From the NCBI GenBank assembly GCA_965637545.1, contig OZ281497.1:19902001-19966000 (forward strand): DNA of 64,000 bases, written 5' to 3'. Below, piece by piece: positions 9,981-21,488 of this stretch; position 1 is the stretch's first letter, and the number at the start of each line of letters is the position of its first letter. The notes below the pieces were generated by a model. That model was not told the DNA's origin and searched no databases. It saw nothing but the letters and a program-made list of their open reading frames with translations. The translations under genes and the position numbers were made by a program. The stretch is from Phallusia mammillata. Taxonomy: Eukaryota.

Positions 9981-12653
9981 ATGGCTTTCAGTAAGTTGGT
10001 AACAATGGAGGTCGAAGACCAAAGTTGCAACCTTGTTCAACTTTCAGCTCCGGATCAACGTATAAGTATTTTGATGAGTTTGGTTTCCACAGGATAATGC
10101 ATTAAATTTTTTAGAATGCGAAACAATGCACACCAACCCTAAACAACAAGCGAAATTGGAGGACAACTTTGCCAAAAATATAAATGGTTTAAAACGGTTG
10201 TTGCTTGGAATTATTTGTGCTCTATTTTTGACAATGATTGTAGGATTTATAGGTCTTTATGGTATGGTAAGTCAACCACCTGTAGCAACAAAAACACACA
10301 ACTTAACGCAACTTAGATCCACAGGTTTCGAAACTCCAAAGCCAGTTAGGGGATGTTGGAACGTTTACTAAACTGGAAATACACAATGGCATTGTATTGT
10401 CTGGGGGAGATTCCATACATAACAAAAGTGTTTCAGCCGGTGAGTTGTTTAATATTAAAACGGCCGAAACTTGGGCAAGGAAACGTAAGGATGCCACTAA
10501 AGCTTACAATAGTGTAGGCCAGGGGTCGGCAACCATTTTTCTACTGCGGACCGTTTTTCAAAGTGACATGTTATCGCGGACCAGTCTTAAAGAAACTACA
10601 AATATTTAGCAATAAAAACACACAAATTGGTTTATTATCCCCGGGATACATGGGCAAATTGTTTCAAAACGTTTAACCTGAAAAATTATACGACCCGGTA
10701 ACGAACTCGTCGCGGACCGGTACCGGGCCGCGGACCGGCGGTTGCCGACCACTGGTGTAGGCGAAATGGCCTAACTGGAAAAAGTATCATGTACCTACCA
10801 CTCAACAAGGTATTTGCCAAGCTGTTTAATTATTGATTTAATGTAAAACAGTAGCTTATTTTGCAATGGCCTTGCACCATTTAATGTTTACACCTGCCAA
10901 TAAGCTTTTTTGGTAATATAACAAGAACTTAGATATGAGTCGTAGAGGTATCTATTTACTTACGTGTGTGGCGCCCTGGCTTAACGAGTTTGGCAAATTC
11001 TGTGTCCAGGCCTCCCATCACGAATTCAGCAAGCAACACATTTTTTTACTTTAGCTACCTGCCTTAATGGGGGAGTATTCATTATCGAATCACCTCATTA
11101 CAAGTGTTTGTGTGCTTCAGGATTCAGTGGAATTCGCTGCGAAAAAGGTAGAATGAGTGTTGTATCAGTTGGCACATTATTTATTCACATTCCCAACAAC
11201 AGAGGCAATACTGTTATATCGCAAAATCGTAAAAAAACTATTCTTAGACATTATTGAATGCTCAACTGGAAAACACAACTGCCATCAACACGCAACTTGT
11301 ATCAACACATTGGGTAGTTTTCATTGTTTATGCAACACAAACTACACAGGAAATGGAACGCATTGTGGTAACTTGCATTTTAAGTAAATATTGACAAGAC
11401 GCCATTGTCTCATTGTGTTGTTTTTATGTACACCAGTTCCTGATTTTTGTGCGCAAAATGTCGGAATATGTCAAAATAACGGAACGTGCTTAGATACAGA
11501 TATCGGATATAACTGTTCTTGTCGTGATGGCTACACTGACCAGCATTGTGAAACAGGTACATTTATTGTGTGAAAAGTATTTACTGTTACTAATGCAACG
11601 CATTTTTGGTATTTTTTGTGGAGACGACCACTGTGTACGTGGAAGACATAACTGTCATGAACACGCAACTTGTACCAACACAGTGGATAGTTTCCAATGT
11701 TCATGCAACGGAAACTACACAGGAGATGGAAGACAATGCCGTAAGCATAACTATGAAGCAAAATACCATAATTTATTGGACATTGCCTTAAAACATACCT
11801 TTAGGGCCCAACTTTTGCTCGACTAATGTCGGCCTTTGCAAGAATAACGGAACTTGCATGGACACCAGTACTTCCTACAATTGCTCTTGCAACATTTGGT
11901 ATTCAGGAAACAATTGTGAGCAAGGTATAGTGTTATTATAAGTGATATACATTTCCACAAAAATAAGATTGAGCATTAAGTATCATGACTTCTGTATTTT
12001 CAAGAATCTAAAAATCCAGATGATTTTTTTGGTAATTATATAATATATCTGTTTTAGAGCTCGATTACATAATTACGAAACAAAAAAGAAGTTGGGCAAA
12101 CGCAAGAAAATATTGCCAGTCAATTGGTGGAGATTTGGCGACCTGGGGTATGAGAAACGCAACTGTTCGGAAGTACGTAACACAGGTTTTGCTGTAAGCA
12201 CATAAAAATGAACGTTGACAAGCGTATGTTTTACCTCAGCTAGAATAGTTCGGAATAATAATCTCAAATATTGGTTATTTTGATACGACGGTAAACAAAT
12301 CAAATGGGTATTACACCTAAAAGTAAATTTTAGAAAAAACATTTTGCTGGAACTTAAATAGCAGGTAAACATATACTTTTGTTTACATCTTTAGCCGGAT
12401 TGTAGCATATTTGCTTCAAACGCATCCCCCGGAACATTATTGGATCGGTATGAACGACATTGAACGGGAAGGAGTTTGGAAATACATTGATGGTGTTCCA
12501 GTGACAAGAGCCAATACCGATTTTCATCCCGGTGAACCAAACAACAACGACAATGATGGCCACTGTGGCCATTTGCAACACTTCTACAGTTACCAGATGG
12601 ATGATACAAATTGTAATTGGAACCAGTTGGCAATATGTCAGAGGCCCTTGTAA
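9981..12653 (+). CDS. Type II transmembrane EGF-repeat + C-type lectin domain protein, copy B (5 EGF-like modules)
   Basis: Exons 9981-10059, 10115-10266 (TM), 10325-10439, 11055-11147, 11248-11367, 11437-11556, 11624-11740, 11805-11924, 12058-12172 and 12395-12653 (CTLD: WIGMND, EPN, MDD, AIC). Upstream about 9500-9980 is homologous to about 2510-3075. Confidence 0.88.
10520..10754. mobile_element. hAT-type MITE in lectin copy B intron (same subfamily as 50849-51084)
   Basis: TIRs CAGGGGTCGGCAACC / GGTTGCCGACCACTG; perfect TSD GTGTAGGC. Confidence 0.9.
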
Positions 12654-13450
12654 ACTGCTTTGAACCACAACATAACCAAGCATATATAATAAACCTGATA
12701 CCCAATAATTTTGGTATCTATACTGTCTGTACAAACCATAACAAAATTCTGAGAGTTTATCACTGAACGCATTTCGTGACAAGTTGGTGAAGATCCCGAT
12801 TTTATTACCTAGTTAACGTATGTACACTGTACAAATTGCCATGTGTTTGTCGCAAATTATTATTCAGTTACACGTCTGCACGCGTGTGTACTAGTCGTAG
12901 TGCATCTGAAACAAATGATTATAATTTTGGTTTGACTGTCGCAATGTAAATACAAACGTATGTGAAAGGAATATGTCTTGCAGGGCATTATTGGTGTTAA
13001 AAAGTCGTTGGGAAACCCAAATACTAATTTACATTGTTAAACCACCTATTTACATAAAGTTTAAGTAAAACCGGTTTCTGACATTTCCAATCAGGTGTAT
13101 TCAGCAAAAAGTAAAATTATCGCTGTCTTTACATACAATGATGATACACACCTAGCACAACGTCAAACTATGGTTAAGAGTGTCCGCGGTTTTGTGCTGT
13201 CTGTAAGCTCCCCTGTGGTTGGTGAAAAAAACCACGTTAACGCTTTAGGCCTACCGACGCAAATCTTTGTCGTCAATAATCGTGTAAGGTTATAGTTGCA
13301 ATATCAGTTATGAATTGCATTCATCAGGATTGTATGTTTATCCTCTACGCAAAACGGTTTGTAGTATTGTTGACAGATCAGTTTTGCCATTGGTGGTGGT
13401 GTTTGTGGACTATAGGCAAAAAAAGCGTTTATGTAAGATAACTACTGCAC

Positions 13451-13594
13451 TGTAGCGAAGTTGTTTTTATTAAGCGTGTCCGGTTAAGAATGAGCCGTGA
13501 CACGCCAAAACGAGACAGGTAAACACAACGCAGGAAAAAAGGCAAAACAAGAAAAAAGGCGTTTCTTGCAAACGTAATGCGTGTCGTCACCACA
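13451..13594 (-). repeat. 3' LTR
   Basis: Direct repeat of 17637-17780; preceded on the minus strand by a purine tract. Confidence 0.95.
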
Positions 13595-13597
13595 CAG

Positions 13598-13605
13598 CTC
13601 CCCCC
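13598..13605 (-). promoter_or_regulatory. Polypurine tract
   Basis: GGGGGGAG on the minus strand, 3 nt before the 3' LTR. Confidence 0.8.
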
Positions 13606-13676
13606 AGAAACGACTTTTAAATTTTACGAGGACGTCCCCGTTTTTTTTATATTTGGGGTTGGCAAAGACGGCGAAA

Positions 13677-13980
13677 CAGAGTTGCAAGCGGGCCCGAAAT
13701 CTGAGCCCGAACCCGAAACGTTTTTGCGAAGCCCGTTTAGGCCCGAAATTTTGATTGACAGGATGAGAAAGAAAAAAGAGATAGACAACAAACAAAATGA
13801 TCAATAGTAGACCATGGGGTAAACAATACGTTTTAGAGTAGAGTGGGCATTAGGTCAAAGCCAGAGTTTCTTAGCCGAGTGATTTTATATTGTTTTTTTA
13901 AATGGCGGACACGGAACGTAAAGTCAGGCCCGTTTTCTCACAAATACCTAAGCCCGAACCCGGCCCGACTTGCAACTCTG
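13677..13980. mobile_element. hAT-type MITE nested in the retrotransposon (same family as 19990-20315, opposite orientation)
   Basis: TIRs CAGAGTTGCAAG / CTTGCAACTCTG; perfect TSD CGGCGAAA at 13669-13676 and 13981-13988. Confidence 0.93.
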
Positions 13981-14015
13981 CGGCGAAACATCAATTATTC
14001 CTGGCTTTAAACGGT

Positions 14016-16901
14016 CTATAGACACAGTTTCTTGCTTTCCCCGACATCTAAAACAAAATATTTTTCATTGCGCTGTTGAACCTTAAAAGGACCTTCATAA
14101 GGAGAATTTAGTGGGGGTTTGTAAGAGTCCTTACGAACGAAAACAAATTGACAGCGTAATAACAATTGCGGTACAGAATGTTTAGGGTTACAATGGCGTG
14201 ATGTTGGCACTGGTAGCAATCTCGACAGTGCCTTGCGCAACGTTCGCACATATTCGTTCGGCAGGGGTTCTTGGTGTGTAGGTGGAATGAAATCTCCTGG
14301 AATTGGTATGGTTGAGCCATACACCAATTCTGCACTGGAGGTCTTCAGATCTTCTGTGGGTAAAGTGCGTATACCCAAAAGCACCCACGGTAACTCGTCG
14401 CACCAATTTACGTCCTTAAGTCGTGCAACTAATGATGTCTTGAGGTGCCGGTGGAAGCGTTCAACCAGGCCATTCGCCTGTGGGTGAAATGCAGTAGTGC
14501 ATTGATGTTTGGTGCCCAACATTTGGCAGACTTCCTTCCATAGATTGGACGTAAATTGTGGACCTCTATCTGATGTGATAAGACTGGGAACTCCAAATCT
14601 GGCGATCCAGTGAAAAGCTATTGCCCTTGCACAACTAACGGTTGTGGCTTCTGCCATTGGAACTGCCTCCGGCCATCGTGTATAGCGATCGACTATTGTA
14701 AATAGATACTTTGTACCTCTTGATTCAGGCAAAGGTCCCACAATGTCTACATGTATGTGGCTGAATCGTATATTTGTAACAGCAAACTCTTCCAGTGGCG
14801 CCTTCACGTGACGATGAATTTTCGACCTCTGACATTCGATGCATTGCTGCGCCCATAAGCGAACTTCTTTGTTAATTCCATGCCATGCAAATTTGTCGGA
14901 CATAATCTTCTGTGTAGTACGCACAGATGGGTGACATAATCTGTGTATAGCATCAAACACCTTTCGCTTCCAGCTTGAGGGGACTATTGGTCGGGGAGAA
15001 CCGGTGGATATGTCACATAACACAGTAGTTTGCGAAGGACCAATGGGAACATCTTCTAAATCCAGCGATGTCACAGCTGTGCGATATGCTTCAACTTCGT
15101 CACAATGTTGAGCTTCTGCTAACTGATGGTAATCCAAATCGATTGTTTGTTGTCGGACTGATGCCATGTATGACCGAGAAAGGGCATCTGCTACGACGTT
15201 GTTCTTGCCTTTTATGTGCTGCACATCAGGTGTATATTCAGAAATATTTGTCAAATGCCTTTGCTGTCGAGCTGACCAAGGTTCTGCGACTTTTTTAAAA
15301 GCAAATGTCAATGGTTTGTGGTCGGTGTATGCTGTGAATGCCCTTCCTTCCAAAAAATAGCGAAAGTGTCGAATTGCTAGATGCAAAGCAAGTAATTCTC
15401 GGTCGAACGTACTGTATTTCTTTTCAGCTTGTCTTATTTGACGACTGAAAAACGCAAGAGGCTCCCAGGAGCCATTAACCTTTTGTTCTAGTACCCCGCC
15501 TACAGCATGATCCGATGCGTCCGTGGTTAATGACACAGGTGCTTCTGGCTGCGGGTGAACAAGTGTCACTGCTTTAGCTAAAGCATTTTTCGCCTCATCA
15601 AAACTAGACTGCAGTTCTTTTGTCCAAACCAACTGTTTGGGCTTTTTTGATAGAGCTTTATAAATGGGTAGCATAATGCTTGCGGCCGAAGGAATAAAGC
15701 GGTGGTAGAAATTTACCATTCCTGCAAATTGCTGCAGACCTTTAATTGTGTTTGGGCGTTGAAAGCGTTGAATAGCTGCTACCTTGCTTGTCAGAGGTTT
15801 AGCTCCGTTTGCATTAATGTGATGACCAAGAAACTCAATGTGAGTTTTCCCAAATAAGCATTTATTTAAATTAACTACAAGTCCATTTTCAGACAAATGC
15901 TGAAAAAGCTGCTCAAGATGAGAAAGATGTTGCTTCTTAGATTTACTTGCTATCAGAATGTCGTCTAAGTAAACGAATGCAAAATTGAGCGTCTGGCAGA
16001 TGCTGTCCATTAATCGCTGAAAAACTTGTGCGGAATTGTTCACACCAAATGGCATTCGCAGAAACTCGAACAAACCAAAAGGCGTTATAACTGCCGTCTT
16101 TGGAATATCTTCTTGTGCTACTGGTACTTGGTGGTAACCCTTAACCAAGTCTATTTTGGAAAATATCTTTGCGCCAGCCAGACCTGCAGAAAAATCTTGA
16201 ATGTGTGGCAGTTTGTATCGGTCTGGTTCTGTTATCGCATTTAACCTGCGATAATCGCCACAAGGGCGCCAACCTGTACCATCTTTAGGGACCATATGTA
16301 AGGGCGAAGCCCAGGGACTCGCTGATCTTCGTATTATTCCCATGTCTAGCATTTTTTTGAATTCTTGCTTGGCTATGACCAGTTTTTCAGGAGATAAGCG
16401 GCGAGCCATTGAATGCACCGTTGGTCCTGTTGTCACGATGTGATGTTTGACGTTGTGTTTTGGCGGCGTGGAAGGTAGAGTGGGTGCTGTAATCACCGGG
16501 AATTTAGAAAGAAGCTTCGTGTATGCGTCTGTGTTTAAGGCAATGTTGTTCAGCTTGGGGGCGGCTTGCTTGGCGGCATGCAAAGGAATGCTCAAAAACA
16601 ATTTGGCATTCAACAGGCAATTGTGCTTAAGGTCGACAATCAAGGAATGTGCGCGCAAGAAATCAGCACCAAGGAGTGGTCTAGAAACTTGCGCCAACGT
16701 GAAATTCCAGGAAAACCTTCCAATTGTTAAATCCAACTGAAGTTGCTTCTTGCCGTATGTATAGATGCGGGTGCCATTGGCTGCTTGAAGTTCTTTACAA
16801 CGAGGGCAATTCCTACGCTGAAACGCAGACGCAGTATAAACACTAATCTCCGCTCCTGTGTCAACCAAAAAGCGTTGACAGGTATTTTTTATCCCACACA
16901 T
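14016..16901 (-). CDS. pol: Gypsy Pol: aspartic protease, reverse transcriptase, RNase H, integrase
   Basis: 961-aa ORF with [10 protein letters not shown] (PR), [10 protein letters not shown] and YLDDILI (RT), [12 protein letters not shown] (RH), HPSVRTT..CIECQ (IN zinc finger), [22 protein letters not shown] (DDE) and a PYEGPFKV (GPY/F) motif. Confidence 0.97.
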   Translation of the reverse strand: MCGIKNTCQRFLVDTGAEISVYTASAFQRRNCPRCKELQAANGTRIYTYGKKQLQLDLTIGRFSWNFTLAQVSRPLLGADFLRAHSLIVDLKHNCLLNAKLFLSIPLHAAKQAAPKLNNIALNTDAYTKLLSKFPVITAPTLPSTPPKHNVKHHIVTTGPTVHSMARRLSPEKLVIAKQEFKKMLDMGIIRRSASPWASPLHMVPKDGTGWRPCGDYRRLNAITEPDRYKLPHIQDFSAGLAGAKIFSKIDLVKGYHQVPVAQEDIPKTAVITPFGLFEFLRMPFGVNNSAQVFQRLMDSICQTLNFAFVYLDDILIASKSKKQHLSHLEQLFQHLSENGLVVNLNKCLFGKTHIEFLGHHINANGAKPLTSKVAAIQRFQRPNTIKGLQQFAGMVNFYHRFIPSAASIMLPIYKALSKKPKQLVWTKELQSSFDEAKNALAKAVTLVHPQPEAPVSLTTDASDHAVGGVLEQKVNGSWEPLAFFSRQIRQAEKKYSTFDRELLALHLAIRHFRYFLEGRAFTAYTDHKPLTFAFKKVAEPWSARQQRHLTNISEYTPDVQHIKGKNNVVADALSRSYMASVRQQTIDLDYHQLAEAQHCDEVEAYRTAVTSLDLEDVPIGPSQTTVLCDISTGSPRPIVPSSWKRKVFDAIHRLCHPSVRTTQKIMSDKFAWHGINKEVRLWAQQCIECQRSKIHRHVKAPLEEFAVTNIRFSHIHVDIVGPLPESRGTKYLFTIVDRYTRWPEAVPMAEATTVSCARAIAFHWIARFGVPSLITSDRGPQFTSNLWKEVCQMLGTKHQCTTAFHPQANGLVERFHRHLKTSLVARLKDVNWCDELPWVLLGIRTLPTEDLKTSSAELVYGSTIPIPGDFIPPTHQEPLPNEYVRTLRKALSRLLPVPTSRHCNPKHSVPQLLLRCQFVFVRKDSYKPPLNSPYEGPFKVQQRNEKYFVLDVGESKKLCL

Positions 16902-16920
16902 AAAATAAATTGTTGATTTG

Positions 16921-16965
16921 GCCGGTCGCTAACGATGTTAAGAGCGACCGGCTGGTAAGTTTCCC
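16921..16965 (-). promoter_or_regulatory. Candidate -1 programmed ribosomal frameshift signal
   Basis: Minus strand G-GGA-AAC heptamer (16965-16959) in gag frame, 6-nt spacer, then a perfect 10-bp stem GCCGGTCGCT / AGCGACCGGC (16952-16943 with 16930-16921). Confidence 0.75.
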
Positions 16966-17590
16966 TGTCAGCTGCAAGGTTTCTGACATTTGACCGCTTT
17001 TTCACCAAAACGGTCGTGATAAAAGCATAGTCCAGGCTGCTTTTTGGACCTAAACGTGTAGTTTCTAGGCACTTCTACATCCCGTTTGTTTATTTTTGAT
17101 ATTTGCAATTCATGCCCTTTCGCCTGCCAAAGCACATCAGCTCGTAGAGCAAGTTTCCGAGGATCAGCAAAGCTTTCTTTTGCTAGAATCAAACGTATAT
17201 CTTCTGGCAAAGCTTGCAAGAATATATATCGAAACAAAGAGCAGTTAGCATGACCACACATCAGAGACAGCATCTCATCCATAAGTTGCGAAGGCTTCTT
17301 ATCTCCGAGATCGTTTATACGAAATAATTTTGCGGCTCTTTCATCTTCAGAAAGACTGAATATACTCAGAAGTCGCTGCTTAATCGTGGTGTATTTTTCT
17401 TCTTCTGGTGGTTCTTCTAGTAAATCAATCAACCTACTTGCTGTTTGCTGATCAAGTGACGCAACCACATATGATCGCAGGTAATTTTCTTTAGGGCAAA
17501 TTGTGCTTCGGTTTGTTGAAACCAAATCCTTGGCTGTTCTGCACAAAAAGTGGGCAGTTTAATAGACACAGCGTTTTCTTGGTTTGTCAT
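16938..17590 (-). pseudogene. gag: Gypsy Gag, disrupted
   Basis: Starts MTNQENAVSIKLPTFCAEQPRIWFQQTEAQFALKKIT. The frame switches near 17475 to SYVVASLD...CFYHDRFGEKAVKCQKPCS. In-frame TGA at 16970-16968, then QGNLPAGRS and TAA at 16940-16938. Confidence 0.85.
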
Positions 17591-17619
17591 CTTTGAAGCA
17601 AGATAAAACGTATCTTGCA

Positions 17620-17633
17620 GTCGGCGGTCACCA
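17620..17633 (-). promoter_or_regulatory. Primer-binding site (probably tRNA-Trp type)
   Basis: TGGTGACCGCCGAC 3 nt inside the 5' LTR. It resembles the complement of the tRNA-Trp 3' end (TGGTGACCCCGAC) with one extra base. The tRNA identity is from recalled sequence, not checked against this organism. Confidence 0.7.
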
Positions 17634-17636
17634 ATA

Positions 17637-17780
17637 TGTAGGGAAGTTGTTTTTATTAAGCGTGTCCGGTTAAGAATGAGCCGTGACACGCCAAAACGAG
17701 ACAGGTAAACACAACGCAGGAAAAAAGACAAAACAAGAAAAAAGGCGTTTCTTGCAAACGTAATGCGTGTCGTCACCACA
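17637..17780 (-). repeat. 5' LTR
   Basis: Direct repeat of 13451-13594; followed on the minus strand by the PBS. Confidence 0.95.
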
Positions 17781-17872
17781 GCACAATATACAAACTTGTG
17801 AGATACCATCGATCTTCTTGAGTCTGGATACCACAGCGAAACTTCCAATCTTTGAGAGAAAAATAGGATAAA

Positions 17873-19910
17873 ATGTCTAGTGTTTTTGAACTGTTTTGGA
17901 AGATGCTTTTTGGTTTTGTGGCAGCATTTATCAGGTGAATATTCGTTATTATACGTTGCTTCAAGCAAAGGTAATGACACAGGTTTTTTCGCAGGTTAAT
18001 TAAGAAGCCGTCTGTAAAATCAATTCATGGCGAAATCGCCTTGGTGACCGGAGCTGGTCATGGGCTGGGTCGACTCCTTTGCATACGTCTTGCGAAACTT
18101 GGTGCAACAATTGTGGTAAGAAAATGCATATGTGTTGTAAGTGTTTTTTAAGGAGGCATTATAGGTATTGTAACTATACCTTTTATATAGGCTGTAAACA
18201 AAAACAAAGCGAGAAATACTGAAACTGTGGAAATTCTAAAACAGATGGGGGCAACTGCTTATGGATTTACAGCCGATTTGAGCAAAGCCAGTGAAATTCA
18301 CAGGTATAAGACTGCTATCTGTGCTTGTTTGCTGTATTTGAACGATATATACGTGTGCGACATGGATTCAACCTTATATTTTGTGATCGAGGCTTGCTTC
18401 CAAAGTTCGTGAAGAAGTTGGTGATGTCACAATGCTTATAAACAACGCCGGTATTGTTTATCCGACTGACATTCTGTCGCTGACCGAAGAAATGATCTCA
18501 AATACGTTTCATGTGAATGTGATTTCTCACTTCCTGGTAGCCAAAATTGTATCACAAGGAAAACATGCGTGTTGGTAGCTAACTGTGTTTTTGTTCTAGT
18601 TGATTAAGAAGTTTCTTCCCGGCATGATACAAAACAACCACGGTCACATTTTTGCGATGTCGTCTTACGTTGGCCTATTTGGAACAGCATATATGACCGA
18701 CTACAGGTACAATATTAAAGGTTAAGACACTAACTTTAGCAAATATGGCTAAAATTGTACACTTTTTTAGTCTTTTACAACCCGGTTAGACTCAGGGCTA
18801 TTTTGGCCTATGATTAGTTAAAGGAAACTTCATCAAAAACTGTTTTTAGATTATATTTCTGTATACCGTCCCGTAAGTGGGTCGCAAAATACACAATGCA
18901 AAAGGCTGCAAATAGTTATATAGTACAACGACCCCATCGTGTATCTGGTTCGTGATTGCGACCCCATCGTGTATCTGGTTCGTGATTGCGACCCCATCGT
19001 GTATTTGGTTCGTGATTGCGCGCGTGTATAATGTGTTCACAATCGTTTTCCATACAGCGCTACTAAGTTTGCAATAGTTGGCTTAATGGAAAGTCTGCGC
19101 AATGAACTGAGAAGACAAAACATGGACGGAATCAAATTGACTTGCGTTTGTTCGTCGTTCGTCAGCACCGGACTGTTACAAAACCCACGAACACAAACAA
19201 GCAGCGTACCGGTGTTAACACCAGAATATACCGTGAACGAGTCCGTGGATGCAATTCTGCGCGACAAATTTTTGGTCACTCTGCCTTCAGCCACTGGGTT
19301 TCGAATCTTTAGGTGAGAAAAACTGCTCAACTTTAATCACAGCGTATTGTGGTGTTTCAAAGACATTCTGTGTAAGAAACCGTCATGTACAAATTTTGTA
19401 AAACAAGTTATAATGCTATCGAATTATGATAATATAGGTCAATCAACAACACCTTCGAAAGTTAGTTGTCACGTGTAGTTACATTGTTTTCAGGGGAAAG
19501 CTTGTCTGTAATTATAAGCGGCGACTATCAGTATAGGATAGTCATGTTATTGTTGCGAACGGTTAATTTAAACATCAACAAACAATATATGTGGGAAACC
19601 TAGGCTATACGATTTTGCACCATATTTTCATGAACTGCTGAATGGCAGGTAAATCGCGAGGAGCGTAAATGTAGAGCAATAATATCTAAGGGCATGGCAT
19701 CGACAAAAAAGAACCAGTACAAAGTTCTGTGGAAATGTCATCTGTAGAGCTACAGTAATTTGCACCTGTGAACCACCTTTTTCCCTAATACTTTGTAGGG
19801 ATATCGTCCCAGACGCGGTATTGGATGCACTAACCGATTATATTCGTCCAGAGGTAGATTTGATTGACACGAATACAGAAGACTCCAATAGCCAACTCCA
19901 AGAATGTTAA
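17873..19910 (+). CDS. SDR16C-type short-chain dehydrogenase/reductase, copy 2 (intact)
   Basis: Exons 17873-17934, 17995-18115, 18191-18303, about 18391-18536, about 18600-18706, about 19058-19312 and 19799-19910. N-terminal hydrophobic anchor MSSVFELFWKMLFGFVAAFIR, TGAGHGLGR (Rossmann), INNAG, YSATK. Confidence 0.92.
18929..19020. repeat. 30-bp minisatellite x3 in SDR copy 2 intron
   Basis: (CGACCCCATCGTGTAT[C/T]TGGTTCGTGATTG) repeated three times with one substitution. Confidence 0.95.
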
Positions 19911-19989
19911 AACAATATGTTTGAAACAATTTTGCAATGATTTAACCACATTCCATTTTCTGTCTTACTGCTGTTGTCGTAGGCTACAT

Positions 19990-20315
19990 CAGAGTTGCAA
20001 GTCAGGCCGGGCTTTTCGGGTCGGGTTCGGGCTTAGGTATTTGTGAGAAGACTTTACATCCCATGTCCGCCAGTGTTTTTTAAATAAAATCACTCAGCTA
20101 AGTAACAATTCTCTGGCTTTGACCTAATGCCCCCCCTCCTCTAAAACGCATAGTTTACCCCATTGTCTACTATTGTTCATTGTGTTTGGTGTCATTCTCT
20201 TTTTTCTTTCTCATCCTTTGTTGCAAGGCTTTTGTCCTCAAAATTTCGGGCCTAAACGAGCTTTGCAAAAACGTTTCGGGTTCGGGCTTAGATTTCGGGC
20301 CCGCTTGCAACTCTG
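19990..20315. mobile_element. hAT-type MITE just 3' of SDR copy 2
   Basis: TIRs CAGAGTTGCAAG / CTTGCAACTCTG; perfect TSD GGCTACAT; internal sequence matches the reverse complement of 13677-13980. Confidence 0.93.
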
Positions 20316-20498
20316 GGCTACATGCATATGCGGTGCATACGTTTATCCCATGTCAACTTTTTATGGTTTCCCAACCGAGCCATAAGTGATAACTATAGCC
20401 TACACTTACAGAATTGCAAGGAACGTATTTAAAAAGAATAATTATCCGAAGGTGTCCATCACGATTACATTTCACGACTCACGGCAGCGATTTTTGTG

Positions 20499-20805
20499 AC
20501 TCGATTGTAAGCCGCACGCTGGAATTTTAGATACGATTGTTTCTTAATACATCTTTCTGTTGTTATATGGTATGACTATTTTCCCATATCTGTTTGTTAC
20601 GTTGATAACTGTACCCAACAGAACATCTATCGACGTATAATCTGTACACGCATACATGTTTTGAACCCCAAATAAGTTAAAATGTTTGAGTGTAGAAATA
20701 ATTTCGGTGTAAAATTAAAATGTAAGCCGCCCTCGATTATAAGCCGCACAAACGGCAGCTAAAAAAACAATATAAACCGCGGCTTACAATCGAGTAAATA
20801 CGGTA
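20499..20805. mobile_element. Tc1/pogo (Tigger)-like MITE, left end eroded
   Basis: ACTCGATTGTAAGCCGC (20499-20515) is the inverse of GCGGCTTACAATCGAGT near 20779-20795. The right end reads ...AAATACGG|TA. Confidence 0.55.
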
Positions 20806-20982
20806 TTCAACCGCTTCAAATTCATCTTTGTTTCAATCAATCGTGGAATACTTTCATTTCGCAAAAGTCGGTCAATTAAACACATACAGGGTAGCCTGCG
20901 TATAACAGCTGAAGGTTTTTAAATTGCTGCGTAAATTGCAGCGGCTTATATTGCTGTACGTGCAACTGCAATTCCATTAAAG

Positions 20983-21318
20983 CAGTGTTTCTTAACCTTT
21001 TTAACGCTCGTACCCTGTGAGCTTTCATGAAATTTTCTCGAACCCCTTGTCTCCAATGGCCGACGGAAGTTAATAAAATTGCAATAATAGGAACTAAACT
21101 CAGTGCTTTTATAACTTACGTGTTGAATGCATACATTAAAACAGTCTTGTAAGTTCAACAATATTTACAGCACGCTAACAATCAGTCAATTCAAAGACAT
21201 ATAGCAAAGAAACTTGTTACGCATTCTTCACAAATGTGCCTAAATAGCACATAATTATAATTTCACACTGCATGTCGTACCCCCAAGGGGTACATGTACC
21301 CCTGGTTAAGAACCCCTG
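20983..21318. mobile_element. hAT-type MITE
   Basis: TIRs CAGTGTTTCTTAACC / GGTTAAGAACCCCTG; perfect TSD CATTAAAG. Confidence 0.88.
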
Positions 21319-21488
21319 CATTAAAGGTTAAAATCGGTAAATTGTCAAGCGTACTGCGTTTATTATTTGCACAACTAGAACTCGTCAGACTTGAATGACA
21401 CAGCGCTTGTCTCGGTCACGTACGCAGAATCTCTGATCAGTCGAGTAGAAACCAGCGCGTTGTTAATCAGAATTCTATCTGGAGAAAT

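Larger units (their letters stand above)
13451..17780 (-). mobile_element. Full-length Gypsy/Ty3 LTR retrotransposon with short LTRs
   Basis: 144-bp LTRs at 13451-13594 and 17637-17780 (TGT...ACA, 2 mismatches). 4-bp TSD GCAC at 13447-13450 and 17781-17784. PBS and PPT present. gag-PR-RT-RH-IN order. Confidence 0.97.

Noticed and set aside
13285-13330. Possible fourth hammerhead-like motif (minus strand CUGAUGA-A-UGCAAU...AUUGCA)
   Set aside because: A stem II-like hairpin follows CUGAUGA, but GAAAC-GUC is absent (ACUAUAAC instead). The core is incomplete, so chance or heavy decay.
13484-13807. ORFs 13484-13804, 13577-13807 and 20173-20389
   Set aside because: They are read-throughs of LTR and MITE sequence with no protein-like motifs.
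14233-16740. Plus-strand ORFs antisense to pol
   Set aside because: Short shadow ORFs opposite a long coding frame; no independent evidence.
18929-19020. Regular 30-bp repeats as a CRISPR array or coding repeat (ORF 18846-19040)
   Set aside because: No spacers; it is an intronic minisatellite and the ORF merely reads through it.
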